NCBI GenBank assembly: GCA_937892925.1
Contig: CALBHX010000032.1
Location: forward strand, 1,695-65,694
From: an uncultured Lentisphaeraceae bacterium
GTDB taxonomy: Bacteria; Verrucomicrobiota; Kiritimatiellia; RFP12; DVOR01
Direction of reading: 5' to 3'
Length of the DNA: 64,000 nucleotides
In this document: positions 48,318 to 58,221 of the stretch, piece after piece
Layout of the letters: each line of letters starts with the position of its first letter
How positions within the stretch are numbered: position 1 is the stretch's first letter
The notes under the pieces: generated by a model
The model's database searches: none
What the model was told of the DNA's origin: nothing
The model's input: only the letters and a program-made list of their open reading frames with translations
Made by a program: the position numbers and the translations under genes

Positions 48318-49591
48318 TTCACCGGCGTTAGAAGGTCACCCCCAAAGTAGGGGCGGATAACCTCTGGCAGCAGAACCGAACCATCAGCCTGCTGGCACTG
48401 TTCAAGAATGGCAATCATTAAGCGCGGCAATGCCACCCCCGACCCATTCAGCGTATGAACAAACGCCAATTTCCCATCTGTACCACGGTAACGGATATTC
48501 GCCCGACGAGCCTGGAAACTCTCAAAGTTGGAACAACTGGAAACTTCCAGCCAGGCTTTTTGCCCTGGTGCCCAGAGTTCCAGATCATAACATTTTGCCG
48601 CCGAGAAGGAGATATCCCCCGAGCAAAGTTCCAGCACACGGAAATAAAGACCAAGCCCTGTCAAGACATCCTCGGCATCTTTTACCAACTTCTCCAGCTC
48701 ATCATAAGACGTGGAGGGCTCAACAAACTTTACCATCTCCACCTTATCAAACTGATGAACCCGAAGAATGCCGCGCGTATCCTTCCCTGCAGACCCGGCT
48801 TCTCGGCGGAAACAAGGCGTATACGCAGTCATCTTAACCGGCAGTTGAGCAGCATCCAGAACATCATCCCGATAATAATTCGTTACCGGCACCTCTGCGG
48901 TTGGAATCAACCAGAAGTCATCCACCTCACAGTGATACATATCGTCCTGCATCTTAGGCAATTGCCCAGTGCCAATCATAGATGCCGTATTCACAACAAA
49001 TGGCGGGAGCATCTCAGTGTATCCCTGCTTCTGCGTATGCAGGTCAAGCATGTACTGAATCAGCGCACGCTGAAGCTTGGCGCCCTGCCCCAAAAGAATG
49101 GGAAATCCAGTTCCCGTCAGCTTTACACCGCGGGGGAAATCAAAAATCCCCAACCGCTCACCCAACGTAATATGATCCTGCGGCGTAAAGTCAAAAACAC
49201 GTTCCACGCCCACATGGCGGACATCCCGATTATACGAACTATCCGGCCCAGTCGCGATCGACTTATTCGGTACATTCGGAATACGCAACATCGCAGCACG
49301 AAAAGCCTCCTCAATCGCTCGAATTTCGACATCTTTTGCCGCGATTTTATCGCCCAAACTCCGCATCTCATCCTTAACGGCGGCCACATCTTCACCCGCC
49401 TTTACCCGTGCTCCAATAGACTTGGACACGTCATTCCGTCTGGCCTTCAACACGTCGGCTTCCGTCACCAACGCACGGCGCTTTCCATCCAAATCCAAAA
49501 CCATATCCACCAGAGCAGTGTCCATCCAGCGGCGCTTCAGGCCCTCACGGACTTCATCCGGCGTTTCACGAATGCGTTTAATATCGAGCAT
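48314..49591 (-). CDS. serS: Serine--tRNA ligase
   Basis: N-terminal coiled-coil arm MLDIKRIRETPDEV... and class II catalytic core (…FRREAGSAGKDTRGILRVHQF…). 425 aa. Confidence 0.9.
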   Translation of the reverse strand: MLDIKRIRETPDEVREGLKRRWMDTALVDMVLDLDGKRRALVTEADVLKARRNDVSKSIGARVKAGEDVAAVKDEMRSLGDKIAAKDVEIRAIEEAFRAAMLRIPNVPNKSIATGPDSSYNRDVRHVGVERVFDFTPQDHITLGERLGIFDFPRGVKLTGTGFPILLGQGAKLQRALIQYMLDLHTQKQGYTEMLPPFVVNTASMIGTGQLPKMQDDMYHCEVDDFWLIPTAEVPVTNYYRDDVLDAAQLPVKMTAYTPCFRREAGSAGKDTRGILRVHQFDKVEMVKFVEPSTSYDELEKLVKDAEDVLTGLGLYFRVLELCSGDISFSAAKCYDLELWAPGQKAWLEVSSCSNFESFQARRANIRYRGTDGKLAFVHTLNGSGVALPRLMIAILEQCQQADGSVLLPEVIRPYFGGDLLTPVK

Positions 49592-49873
49592 GGCTCAGCC
49601 TTTTCTTTATTAAATATGTTTGTATTTAACCATAAATAACCCATCTCGGCAAGTTCAACACCGGATGCGCACCTTCGGTAACCATTCTTCACGTAGTAAA
49701 TCCCGTATTCGACACTCATCCGCCTTACACATTCCTCAACCTCGAAACAAAGTCATCACCAAAGGTCGCAATAGGTAATCCCTTGAACCTGCCTCGGGGT
49801 GATTCTTCCATATGCCCCGTTCCAGGACATAGCATCCTGTGCTATACTACACCTTTCAAAGGAGTGGAGTCAA

Positions 49874-50653
49874 ATGAAAGTACTTATGGTAGGAGATATT
49901 GTAGGATCGCCAGGGCGTGCTTGTTTCAAACGCGTGGCCAAACATTTACTAGAGACTAGTGCCGTCCATACCATCATCGCAAACGCAGAAAATGCTGCGG
50001 CAGGAAGCGGAATTACATTAGCTCTGGCACGCGATCTACTGGAAGCTGGAGCCTCAGTGATTACCTTGGGTGACCATACGTGGGGACAGCGTGGGTTTGA
50101 CTCAGAAATCGCCCAGGAGCGCCGAATTGTTCGCCCGGCAAATTATCCGGAAGGCGCACCTGGAGCCATTGCCACCGTAGCGGAAACCGCACTTGGACCA
50201 ATTGGCGTTGTGCAAGTATTGGGACAGGTCTTTATGGGCCCAGCCGACAATCCATTCCATTCTATAGATCGTGCGTTAGCCCAAATTCCAGCTAACATTC
50301 CAATTTTTGTAGACGTTCATGCTGAAGCTACTTCAGAAAAGATTGCGTTAGGATATTGGCTAGATGGCCGGGTAACAGCTATTTGCGGCACCCACACACA
50401 TGTACAGACTAGCGATGCCACGCTCCTGCCAAAAGGTTCGGCCTACCTGACCGATCTGGGCATGACTGGCCCTGTACACAGTGTTATTGGCCGACAAATA
50501 GAACCGGTGCTCAAGAAGTTCACCACTGGCATTCCCGCGCGCTTTGAAGTGGCGGGGGGTGCCACCAAATTAGAAGGCGCCATCATTGATCTGCCACGCG
50601 GTGCCAAACTTCCCGCCTCCATTACAGCCGTTCGTTATGTCTTCCCCGATTGA
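49874..50653 (+). CDS. ymdB: YmdB-family metallophosphoesterase (2',3'-cyclic-nucleotide phosphodiesterase-like)
   Basis: MKVLMVGDIVGSPGR..., GDHTWGQ, ...DVHAEATSEK..., GTHTHVQTSD. RBS AAGGAGTGGAG. Confidence 0.7.
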   Translation: MKVLMVGDIVGSPGRACFKRVAKHLLETSAVHTIIANAENAAAGSGITLALARDLLEAGASVITLGDHTWGQRGFDSEIAQERRIVRPANYPEGAPGAIATVAETALGPIGVVQVLGQVFMGPADNPFHSIDRALAQIPANIPIFVDVHAEATSEKIALGYWLDGRVTAICGTHTHVQTSDATLLPKGSAYLTDLGMTGPVHSVIGRQIEPVLKKFTTGIPARFEVAGGATKLEGAIIDLPRGAKLPASITAVRYVFPD

Positions 50654-53189
50654 TCGCTTACCTCTCTGGGCACTGGATGCTATTTTAGCCTGCGCACGTG
50701 GGCTGGAAGCGCAGGACTTTATACGAGAAGCCGAACAAGCGCGAAAGGAACGCCCGCCAGAAAGCTGTGGAGAACAAGTATGGTACGGCCACTTTCCCAT
50801 GATCTCGCGGGCTTCCGCGCGGGATCTGACCCCGCCGGAAACCTGGTCTTCGATTAACCCAAAAACGTTAAATGATATTTTTGCTCCAAAAGGCGACTTG
50901 GCACGTATCTACCCACACTATGAATCCAGACCCGGGCAATTGGCCATGGCCAAAGCTGTAGCCGAAGCACTCAATGCCCGACGATTTCTCCTGGCCGAAG
51001 CCGGTACCGGCGTAGGCAAAAGCCTAGCCTATCTAGTACCATGTGCACTGTGGTCACTCCAAAACGAATTACCCATCGTCATCTCCACAAATACACGTAA
51101 CCTGCAATCACAGCTGCTCACCAAAGACTTACCCCTTGTTCGTCAAATTATCGCCCGGCACATGCCACCCCAGACGACTTTCGATGCTGTTGTTTTGAAG
51201 GGGCGCAGCAACTACCTCTGCCTCAAACGGTTTGGTGCCTTTCTGGAAGGCGATTTTGAGCGTCTCAAAGAACCCGATGCCCTCCTCTTCTGTGATCTTA
51301 TCGCCTGGGCCGCCCTATCACCTGATGGGGATTTGGACACCTTTCGCCCCATTCATTCCCGAGGCGACATGACTTTCGTCCGAACGTTCGGATGCCACAC
51401 AGACGAGTGCACTGGGAAAAAGTGCCGTTTTTACCGCCGATGTTTTCTTCAAAAAGCCCGGCAAGCCGCCCTGCGTGCCCATCTCATCATTGCCAACCAC
51501 GCACTTGTTTTTGCCGAGCTCTCAACGCCTGGTTCACTATTCCCTCCCCACGGGCACATCGTGTTTGATGAGGCGCATAACCTCGAGCATGCCGCCACCA
51601 GTTTCCTCTCAGAAGAGCTCTCACCGCACACACTCTATACGTTCTGCCAAAAGATCGCCCCCAGTCGTGGACGAGAAGCCGGAAGCGTCCTAAACCAAAT
51701 TCGCGTCGACTTAATTGACAAATCAATTCAAGACAAGGCCGAACAAATCCAAGTGCTTGACTTACTAGCGGAACTGCGGTCTTGTGGCACACAACTGGCC
51801 AAAGCTGGAACTGAACTCTTTGAAACGTTCGGAGAGTTCATGACCAAAACTCCAGAAACATCGGTTCGTTATCATTCCATCCCAGATGCATCCAAGCCTC
51901 TCAGAGAAAATGGACAACCCCAGCTTCGACGCGAAGTTTGCCTATCCGGCAAGCTCTTCATCTCTTCCGAACCTTTTGTAAAAGAAGTACGAATCGCCGA
52001 AAAACGCGATGTCATCAAAACCCAATTACACCACGCACATACGCTGTTAGAACGCCTTCTCCTAAGAATTGCCCAAAAAGAACCGCAGAACAATGGCTCC
52101 GACTCTCCATTCGAAGACCTAACCGCCGCCATCACCGCTGTCATGAAAGGGCTTGATACCTTCGGCCAAGTATTAGTTCAGCTCCTTGAGGGCTCCGATC
52201 CTAATTGGGTTTACTGGATTGAACGAAGTGCCCCAAATGAGCGTACTGTCCGTTTTACCGCCGCTCCTCTGGACATTGCACAACAACTCAACAACCTATT
52301 GTATAAAAGCAAAGAAACCCTTATTTTCTCCTCCGCCACCTTGAGAGTCCGAGGTTCTTTCGATTATGTGCGCCATCGGCTCGGTCTCCATCTTGTCAAT
52401 GCGCCAAAGACCATTAAAGCGTTCGTTGCAGAAAGTCCGTTCAACTATCCAGAGCAATGTTGTGTAGCCGTTCCAGACTTTCTCCCCGAAGTCATCACCG
52501 GGAAAGAATACGTTCTGGAACTTTCCAGGCTCATGTATCGACTGTTTGTAACCGCCAAAGGCCGTTCTTTGGTTCTTTTCACATCCTACGACATGTTACA
52601 CAACTGCGTAGAAATTTTAGAACCGCATCTCCGAGCAAAACAGATCGAGCTGCTCATCCAGTCCCCAGAAATAGGCCGAGATGCCATTACCGAAGCATTC
52701 CGAAATCAGACTCGCCCTACGATACTCTTTGGTACGCAAAGCTTTTGGGAGGGTGTTGACGTGGTCGGCGATGCCCTGAGCTGTGTAATCATTGCCCGTC
52801 TGCCTTTTGACAGTTACGGTGATCCCCTGTTCCAAGCCCGGTGCGAAAAAATCGAGAAAGCCAACCGTTCCCCCTTTACAGAGCTCACGATACCCCAGGC
52901 CGTCATTCGCTTTCGGCAAGGATTTGGCCGACTCATTCGTAGTCAAGAAGACCATGGAATCGTTGTCATCGCCGATTCCCGCATCGTACGGCGCTCCTAT
53001 GGTACCGCCTTTTCTGCTTCACTTCCGGTTAAAGTAGAAGTTTTTTCCTCACGGCAAGCTCTTCTCTCCCGATTCCAGCGACTTTTATCCATCAAATCCA
53101 CACACAACTCTGTCTCCCTCAGCTCGAATAAAGCTTATATCGAGTCTGACTCCGATCCTCAGAGAAGCTGTTGTCCAGCCGCCACATAA
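50637..53189 (+). CDS. dinG: DinG/Rad3-family ATP-dependent DNA helicase with Fe-S cysteine cluster
   Basis: Walker A AEAGTGVGKSLAYL, DEAH box VFDEAHNLE, four-Cys cluster between the motifs, and C-terminal helicase motifs. Confidence 0.7.
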   Translation: MSSPIDRLPLWALDAILACARGLEAQDFIREAEQARKERPPESCGEQVWYGHFPMISRASARDLTPPETWSSINPKTLNDIFAPKGDLARIYPHYESRPGQLAMAKAVAEALNARRFLLAEAGTGVGKSLAYLVPCALWSLQNELPIVISTNTRNLQSQLLTKDLPLVRQIIARHMPPQTTFDAVVLKGRSNYLCLKRFGAFLEGDFERLKEPDALLFCDLIAWAALSPDGDLDTFRPIHSRGDMTFVRTFGCHTDECTGKKCRFYRRCFLQKARQAALRAHLIIANHALVFAELSTPGSLFPPHGHIVFDEAHNLEHAATSFLSEELSPHTLYTFCQKIAPSRGREAGSVLNQIRVDLIDKSIQDKAEQIQVLDLLAELRSCGTQLAKAGTELFETFGEFMTKTPETSVRYHSIPDASKPLRENGQPQLRREVCLSGKLFISSEPFVKEVRIAEKRDVIKTQLHHAHTLLERLLLRIAQKEPQNNGSDSPFEDLTAAITAVMKGLDTFGQVLVQLLEGSDPNWVYWIERSAPNERTVRFTAAPLDIAQQLNNLLYKSKETLIFSSATLRVRGSFDYVRHRLGLHLVNAPKTIKAFVAESPFNYPEQCCVAVPDFLPEVITGKEYVLELSRLMYRLFVTAKGRSLVLFTSYDMLHNCVEILEPHLRAKQIELLIQSPEIGRDAITEAFRNQTRPTILFGTQSFWEGVDVVGDALSCVIIARLPFDSYGDPLFQARCEKIEKANRSPFTELTIPQAVIRFRQGFGRLIRSQEDHGIVVIADSRIVRRSYGTAFSASLPVKVEVFSSRQALLSRFQRLLSIKSTHNSVSLSSNKAYIESDSDPQRSCCPAAT

Positions 53190-53776
53190 AGAACTTGGCC
53201 TGTCACAGACGGCGTTTCCAACAAAAATTGAACCGCACGTCCGATATCCTCCAGTGTTGGTCGTGGTGTCAGGCAATGCCCGCCCTTCTCCCGATGCGCA
53301 GGATCCGGCGGCGCCAAAACAGGGCCTGGAGCAATCGCATTAACCCGTGTCCCTGCCTCTTCTCCCCAACAATATGCCGCCCCCAACACCCACCGTGCCA
53401 ATCGACGTTTGGCCGCCAGATAGCTACGAATCGACACCGGGACGTCTCGCTCTGCCCACCGAATCCGGGCATCCAAAAACGCAATCACTTGTGCCTTCGG
53501 GAATCGGGTATGAATCGCTTCCGCCACTCGAATCGGACCCGTAGCATTTTGTTGCCCCATTTGTTCCAAATCGGCATTCAGTTCAAACCGCCCCGCCAGC
53601 AAAACTACAGCATCACACGACTGAAGCCGATCAACCGAAGCCCCCGGCGTATACTCAGGTGCCAAGAAATCACCATAGTCCGCCCGCGAAAGTTCCACAA
53701 TCTGATGCCCGCAGGCCTCTAGGCGTAGCCGCAACCACGCTCCAATCCGTCCTGGCCCAACCAAAACAACATGCAT
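53159..53776 (-). CDS. Short atypical NAD(P)-binding SDR-like oxidoreductase
   Basis: N-terminal GxGxxG-like VLVGPGRIG and C-terminal SDR-like NAIAPGPV. Only 205 aa. Its 3' end overlaps the dinG 3' end convergently by about 31 bp. Confidence 0.4.
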   Translation of the reverse strand: MHVVLVGPGRIGAWLRLRLEACGHQIVELSRADYGDFLAPEYTPGASVDRLQSCDAVVLLAGRFELNADLEQMGQQNATGPIRVAEAIHTRFPKAQVIAFLDARIRWAERDVPVSIRSYLAAKRRLARWVLGAAYCWGEEAGTRVNAIAPGPVLAPPDPAHREKGGHCLTPRPTLEDIGRAVQFLLETPSVTGQVLYVAAGQQLL

Positions 53777-53916
53777 CCGTTCACCGCCTTGATCCAGTCT
53801 GAAACCACATCATTTACCCGTCACTAACCCGTTTCTCAGAATCGAGACCCTTCAAAAACAAAACGCCCTACGCCCAGATTATCTCCAAAGCGTAAGGCAT
53901 CACAACTATTCCGATG

Positions 53917-54603
53917 TTAGTTAAGCGGGCGACTTAATCCCGTACGCGGAGCCGCAGCCCCTGATGCATGAGAAAACGTTGGCGTCAATCCGGTAACTGG
54001 ACGTGAACGCCCTGGAGATGCTGCACCCTCGACAACCTTTTTGGCGTTTTTTACACTTCGCGGCCCAATCAAACATGAAAGATCGCGCCCAAGCAATTTT
54101 GGAGCCTGCTCCACTGTTACCTTCTCGCCGCACATCGTAAGCACACGGTCAATTAACTCTGTTCCAAGCTCCTTGTGTGCATTTTCACGACCACGAAACT
54201 TCAGTGAAATCTTCACTTTATTTCCCTGATCGATAAAGCCCAAGATTTCCTTCACCTTGCGCTCCACATCGCCCACATCCGTGCCGGCATGGAATTTAAT
54301 TTCCTTTACCTGGGTAGCCTTGGCATTCTTACGTGCCTGTTTCTGTTTAATGCTTTCCTCATAGCGATACTTGCCATAATCCATGATTTTGCATACAGGC
54401 GGCTGCGCTCCAGGCGTGATTTCCACCAGATCAAGATCTTGCGATTCTGCAAGCGCCTGAGCCTTGCGCGTAGGCATAATCCCAAGCATTTTTCCGGATG
54501 CATCCACCACGCGCACTTCCGGCACTCGGATTTTAAAGTTGGTACGAATAAACGAAGCGCCTTTGCGCCCGTTCTGCTCTCGTTCTTGGGGGGGGAAGGC
54601 CAA
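53917..54603 (-). CDS. infC: Translation initiation factor IF-3 with an Ala/Pro/Gly-rich C-terminal tail. Probably starts at a non-ATG codon: TTG 54603 with AGGAG RBS, or ATT 54549.
   Basis: ...IRVPEVRVVDASGKMLGIM..., ...PPVCKIMDYGKYRYE..., ...KEIKFHAGTDVGDVERK.... The ORF is open upstream to 54819, but that part overlaps thrS and is not coding. Canonical thrS-infC order. Confidence 0.7.
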   Translation of the reverse strand: MAFPPQEREQNGRKGASFIRTNFKIRVPEVRVVDASGKMLGIMPTRKAQALAESQDLDLVEITPGAQPPVCKIMDYGKYRYEESIKQKQARKNAKATQVKEIKFHAGTDVGDVERKVKEILGFIDQGNKVKISLKFRGRENAHKELGTELIDRVLTMCGEKVTVEQAPKLLGRDLSCLIGPRSVKNAKKVVEGAASPGRSRPVTGLTPTFSHASGAAAPRTGLSRPLN

Positions 54604-54623
54604 GTTTACTACTCCTGTTTGGG

Positions 54624-56366
54624 TTAAGGTTCTTCGCGGGTTTCCTGCCGAATCAAATCGATAAACGCTTCTGGGGTCATCGTTCCCAAATCGCCTTTCT
54701 CGCGGCTGCGCACAGCAACCACCCCTGCTTCGGCCTCGCGCCCGCCAATCACCAACATATAGGGAATCTTCGCCAACATCGCCTTGCGGATCTTGGCACC
54801 GATCTTCTCGTTCGACCAATCTCCTTCCGCACGCAAATCTGCGGCCGAAAGTTTGGCCAAAACAGCTTTAGCCGTTGGCGTCTGAGCATCCGTGATAGGC
54901 ATCACCTTAGCCTGAACCGGCGCCAACCACGTGGGGAATGCCCCCGCGTAATGTTCAATCAAAATCCCGAAGAAACGTTCCAACGACCCCAACAACGCAC
55001 GGTGCACCATATAGGGTTGATGTTCCTTACCATCCTCTCCGGTATACGTCAGGTGAAAACGCTCCGGCAAATTGAAATCAAACTGGATCGTTCCCAGCTG
55101 CCACTCGCGCCCCAACGCATCCTTAATCTTCATGTCGATCTTCGGACCGTAGAACGCGCCACCCCCTTCATCTACGTCATACACCATGCCCTCAGCCTCA
55201 AGCGCATGGCGTAACGAAGCCGTGGCCTGTTCCCATTTAGCCGGATCTCCTACAGCCTTCTCCGGCCGCGTTGAAAGATACGCCGTAATGTCGCGGAACC
55301 CAAAACGATGCAGAATCTTCAAACAAAACTTGACCGTAAAACGGATCTCATCCTCAATCTTATCCGGCGCACAGAAAATATGTGCATCGTCTTGCGTGAA
55401 TCCCCGCACACGGAAAAGACCGTGACGAACACCATCCTTTTCGTACCGGTAAACCGTTCCCAATTCTGCCCAACGCAGCGGCAAATCACGATAACTATAC
55501 TTCTTAAACAAGTATGCCTGAATGTGGAAAGGGCAGTTCATTGGCTTAACGTAATACGTTTCCTGAACCGCCTTATCGCCTTCTCCCTCCGTTACATTCA
55601 TCGGAGGGAACATTCCATCCTTGTAAAAGCCCAAATGCCCGGATGTTTGCCACAGATTTGCCCGGCCAATGTGCGGCGTAAACAACATTTCATACCCATG
55701 ACGAAAGTGCTCTTTACGCCAATAATCTTCAATCGCAATTCGGACACGCGCCCCCTTCGGCAACCAGTGCGCCAATCCAGGCCCCACGCTCTCGGTAATC
55801 GTAAACAATTCCAATTCTTTACCAAGTTTGCGATGATCCCGCTTCTTTGCTTCTTCAATCCGCGCAATAATCGCATCCACTTCTTTTTGAGAGGCTGCAG
55901 CAATGCCATATACCCGCTGCAACATTTTATTATGCTCATCCCCGCGATAATAACTCCCCGCGACACTCATAAGCTTTACGGCTCCCACACATCCACTATG
56001 CGCTACGTGCGGGCCACGGCAAAGATCAACATAGTCCCCCGTCCGATAAATCGAAATCGGCTCCCCTTCAGGAATGTCCGCCAGCCGTTCCAACTTATAG
56101 GGCTGATCTTTAAAGATTTTCCGCGCCTCCTCGCGCGACACTTCCTCCCGAACGAACGGAAGCTTGGCTCCAATCAACTTCCGCACAGCCTTCTCAATAG
56201 CAGGGAAATCCTCTGCACTTAACCGATGCGGCAAATCGAAGTCATAATAGAATCCATCGTCCGTAGCCGGCCCAATATCAATTTTGACATCATCAAACAA
56301 CGAGCAGACCGCCGACGCAACCAAATGCGCCGCGCTATGCCGGATTTCCTCAATCGTCGCGCTCAT
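54624..56366 (-). CDS. thrS: Threonine--tRNA ligase lacking the N-terminal TGS domain
   Basis: Begins directly at the second-additional/editing domain (HSAAHLVASAV). Class II core and anticodon-binding domain follow. 580 aa. Confidence 0.85.
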   Translation of the reverse strand: MSATIEEIRHSAAHLVASAVCSLFDDVKIDIGPATDDGFYYDFDLPHRLSAEDFPAIEKAVRKLIGAKLPFVREEVSREEARKIFKDQPYKLERLADIPEGEPISIYRTGDYVDLCRGPHVAHSGCVGAVKLMSVAGSYYRGDEHNKMLQRVYGIAAASQKEVDAIIARIEEAKKRDHRKLGKELELFTITESVGPGLAHWLPKGARVRIAIEDYWRKEHFRHGYEMLFTPHIGRANLWQTSGHLGFYKDGMFPPMNVTEGEGDKAVQETYYVKPMNCPFHIQAYLFKKYSYRDLPLRWAELGTVYRYEKDGVRHGLFRVRGFTQDDAHIFCAPDKIEDEIRFTVKFCLKILHRFGFRDITAYLSTRPEKAVGDPAKWEQATASLRHALEAEGMVYDVDEGGGAFYGPKIDMKIKDALGREWQLGTIQFDFNLPERFHLTYTGEDGKEHQPYMVHRALLGSLERFFGILIEHYAGAFPTWLAPVQAKVMPITDAQTPTAKAVLAKLSAADLRAEGDWSNEKIGAKIRKAMLAKIPYMLVIGGREAEAGVVAVRSREKGDLGTMTPEAFIDLIRQETREEP

Positions 56367-56904
56367 GCTTACTCCTTAAAACAGTCTATTATTATACTCT
56401 TTTCAAACGTCAAACGCAATGCGCAAACACGGAAATGTATCTACTTAAATTATCCAAAAAGAGACATCACTCCCGCTAATATATCCCTACACTACCTCGC
56501 CCACCATTCGCCGTAAAACAAACGCCCTGCGATCATTTAACCACAAAATAACTGAAGGTGATACTTACCCAACAACCTCTCGGCACCCAATCCCAATGCA
56601 TACATATCGGCAAAAACACATTACGTCCCTGTCTAAACGCCCCTCAACCATTTTACCTGCACGACAGCTTTACACTCCATAGAGCACTCCCATACCCGCC
56701 ACGATTTCCCTTTACGCTCCAGTGCCACCAAGAACATTTCAATTCTGCCATAAAACAAACCGAGGAATACGAATCCTCCATCTGTAGAGCACATATCGTA
56801 ATTGGCGAATATCCCAACAAACTACGCGACAGGAAACCAACAAAACCGTAGATTTCCTAAAACATCTTCGGCTTTTAACAATCAAACATGCCGCCAACAT
56901 AGGA

Positions 56905-57259
56905 TGGTGGAGGTGGCGGGAGTTGAACCCGCGTCCAAGACAGCTTCACAGCGATATCTACGTGCGTATCCGGCCAATTATCTCGCATCTGGCAGGCCGA
57001 CCGGCAGGCTTGGCCAAACGCTTGCCCTCATGATGCTACAAGCACGTGTCCCCGAAGGTTCGGTTCACGGCAGGATCTGCTAATCGACGCTTCCGCCCTC
57101 AGCAGACATCGGGGTTTCAGCGACGGGCCGATAAGTTAGGCCGCGTAAGCGAAGTTATCGTTCGCAGTTAGGTTTTTGATCGATATTTTACGGGGCCAAC
57201 GATCATCCCCGGCACGCAACCGAAGTTCCGACATGCCCTGTCGAGACCTGGTCACCCCC
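56905..57259 (-). ncRNA. ssrA: tmRNA (SsrA), ~355 nt. Predicted tag peptide reading frame GCG AAC GAT AAC TTC GCT TAC GCG GCC TAA (ANDNFAYAA).
   Basis: Minus-strand 5' end GGGGGTGACCAGGTCTCGACAGGG... (compare the canonical GGGGCUGAUUCUGGAUUCGACGGG). 3' end ...GGTTCAACTCCCGCCACCTCCACCA (T-arm plus acceptor stem plus CCA). The internal ORF ends in the characteristic YAA-stop tag. Confidence 0.8.
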
Positions 57260-57709
57260 ATAGAGAGGAACACGGATAATATAACAAACGTGCAGCATGA
57301 ATACAAGCGTCTATCGATATCTTCCATACATGCCCCTTTACCCCCCACTCACGCGTTTCAATAGATCTACGCCTCAACCCGCACTAGGTCGGGTGTAAAC
57401 TCGCCCTACCCCCATTTTATTCTGTATTCACCCCAGGTTCAGTCTATCACCATATAAAAAACGTCTTTCAAGAAATCAAATAGAGCGACTAGCACACCAC
57501 GCTTTTAAACAACCCACCCCCAAAGAGATCCGCCATCCACTTCCTCAATTCACTGTCTCCCCCAAACCAGGCGAATCCCCGTATTTTAAGCATTAAAGAG
57601 ATTCATGATCAATAATCGAATAAGCGCAGCGTCATACCTACTTCAAACCCACCTTCCTTCATGTGTTATTCATATCCCCACACAAAATAAGCGAGCACAG
57701 ACAATACGC

Positions 57710-58207
57710 CTACTTCCAAAGCCCGGAGGCCGCCGGGAACGTTACTGACTCAGAAAGCCGCACAGTTCCTTTACCATAAATCAAATTCACAAACGCAGCA
57801 TCCAGAATAATCACTTCTTCGCGTCGTGTTTCTTTCAATCCGAGTTCACCTTCTGGCATATCCCGCGCAGCCAACGTATAATGACTCGCAGGAAGATGAG
57901 AGGTTAACGCGGGCGAAAACGCATCCAGCCGTGTTACAGAATTGATTCGATGAAAGCGATCAGCTCGTGTTTCAATACGCTGTGGTTCATCTACCCATCC
58001 CTTTGTACTTCGCCGAAGAGCCTCAACTCCTGCACAAGCCCGAACATCTCGGCGAAGCTCCTGCTGACGCACGCATAACCTGGCCAACGTCGACACCCCA
58101 ACCACCAACATTACCAACGCCACAAGCGCCACTGTTAACTCCGCAAGCGCCTGCCCGGCACAAGCGGAAACTCGTCCAAATAGAAAGACCCGGTATTGAA
58201 TCCGCAT
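57710..58207 (-). CDS. Hypothetical protein, possibly TadE/TadG-like pseudopilin (N-terminal hydrophobic segment resembling the TadE motif)
   Basis: …GQALAELTVALVALVMLVVGVSTLARL… resembles the pfam TadE N-terminal consensus (G-Q-A-x-V-E-F-A-L-V-L-P-…-G-I-x-E-F-G-R). Lies 14 bp downstream of the metallophosphoesterase gene. Confidence 0.3.
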   Translation of the reverse strand: MRIQYRVFLFGRVSACAGQALAELTVALVALVMLVVGVSTLARLCVRQQELRRDVRACAGVEALRRSTKGWVDEPQRIETRADRFHRINSVTRLDAFSPALTSHLPASHYTLAARDMPEGELGLKETRREEVIILDAAFVNLIYGKGTVRLSESVTFPAASGLWK

Positions 58208-58221
58208 CCGGAGCCTCGTTC

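Noticed and set aside
48455-49639. 394-aa plus-strand ORF antisense to serS, plus similar long antisense ORFs: 57967-59160, 60844-61800, 61686-62465, 55308-56222 and 12107-12775
   Set aside because: These are shadow ORFs opposite well-supported genes in GC-rich DNA. Their translations are Arg/Pro/His-rich and match no family.
54604-54819. Upstream 72-codon extension of the infC ORF
   Set aside because: It overlaps the 3' end of thrS in another frame and contains no IF3-like sequence. The RBS plus TTG at 54603 (or ATT 54549) gives a normal IF3 N-terminus.
56802-57083. Plus-strand ORFs of 93-97 aa (56558-56851, 56802-57083) and minus-strand 57136-57348 overlapping or flanking the ssrA region
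   Set aside because: They overlap the tmRNA gene or lie in the strand-biased flanks and have low-complexity, Pro/His/Gln-rich translations with no start context. I treat them as non-coding.
56367-57709. Possible genomic island or prophage integrated at ssrA
   Set aside because: No integrase, excisionase or phage gene is present. I could not find a direct repeat of the ssrA 3' end. The neighbouring genes (thrS, infC, ispD, glgBA) are core genes.
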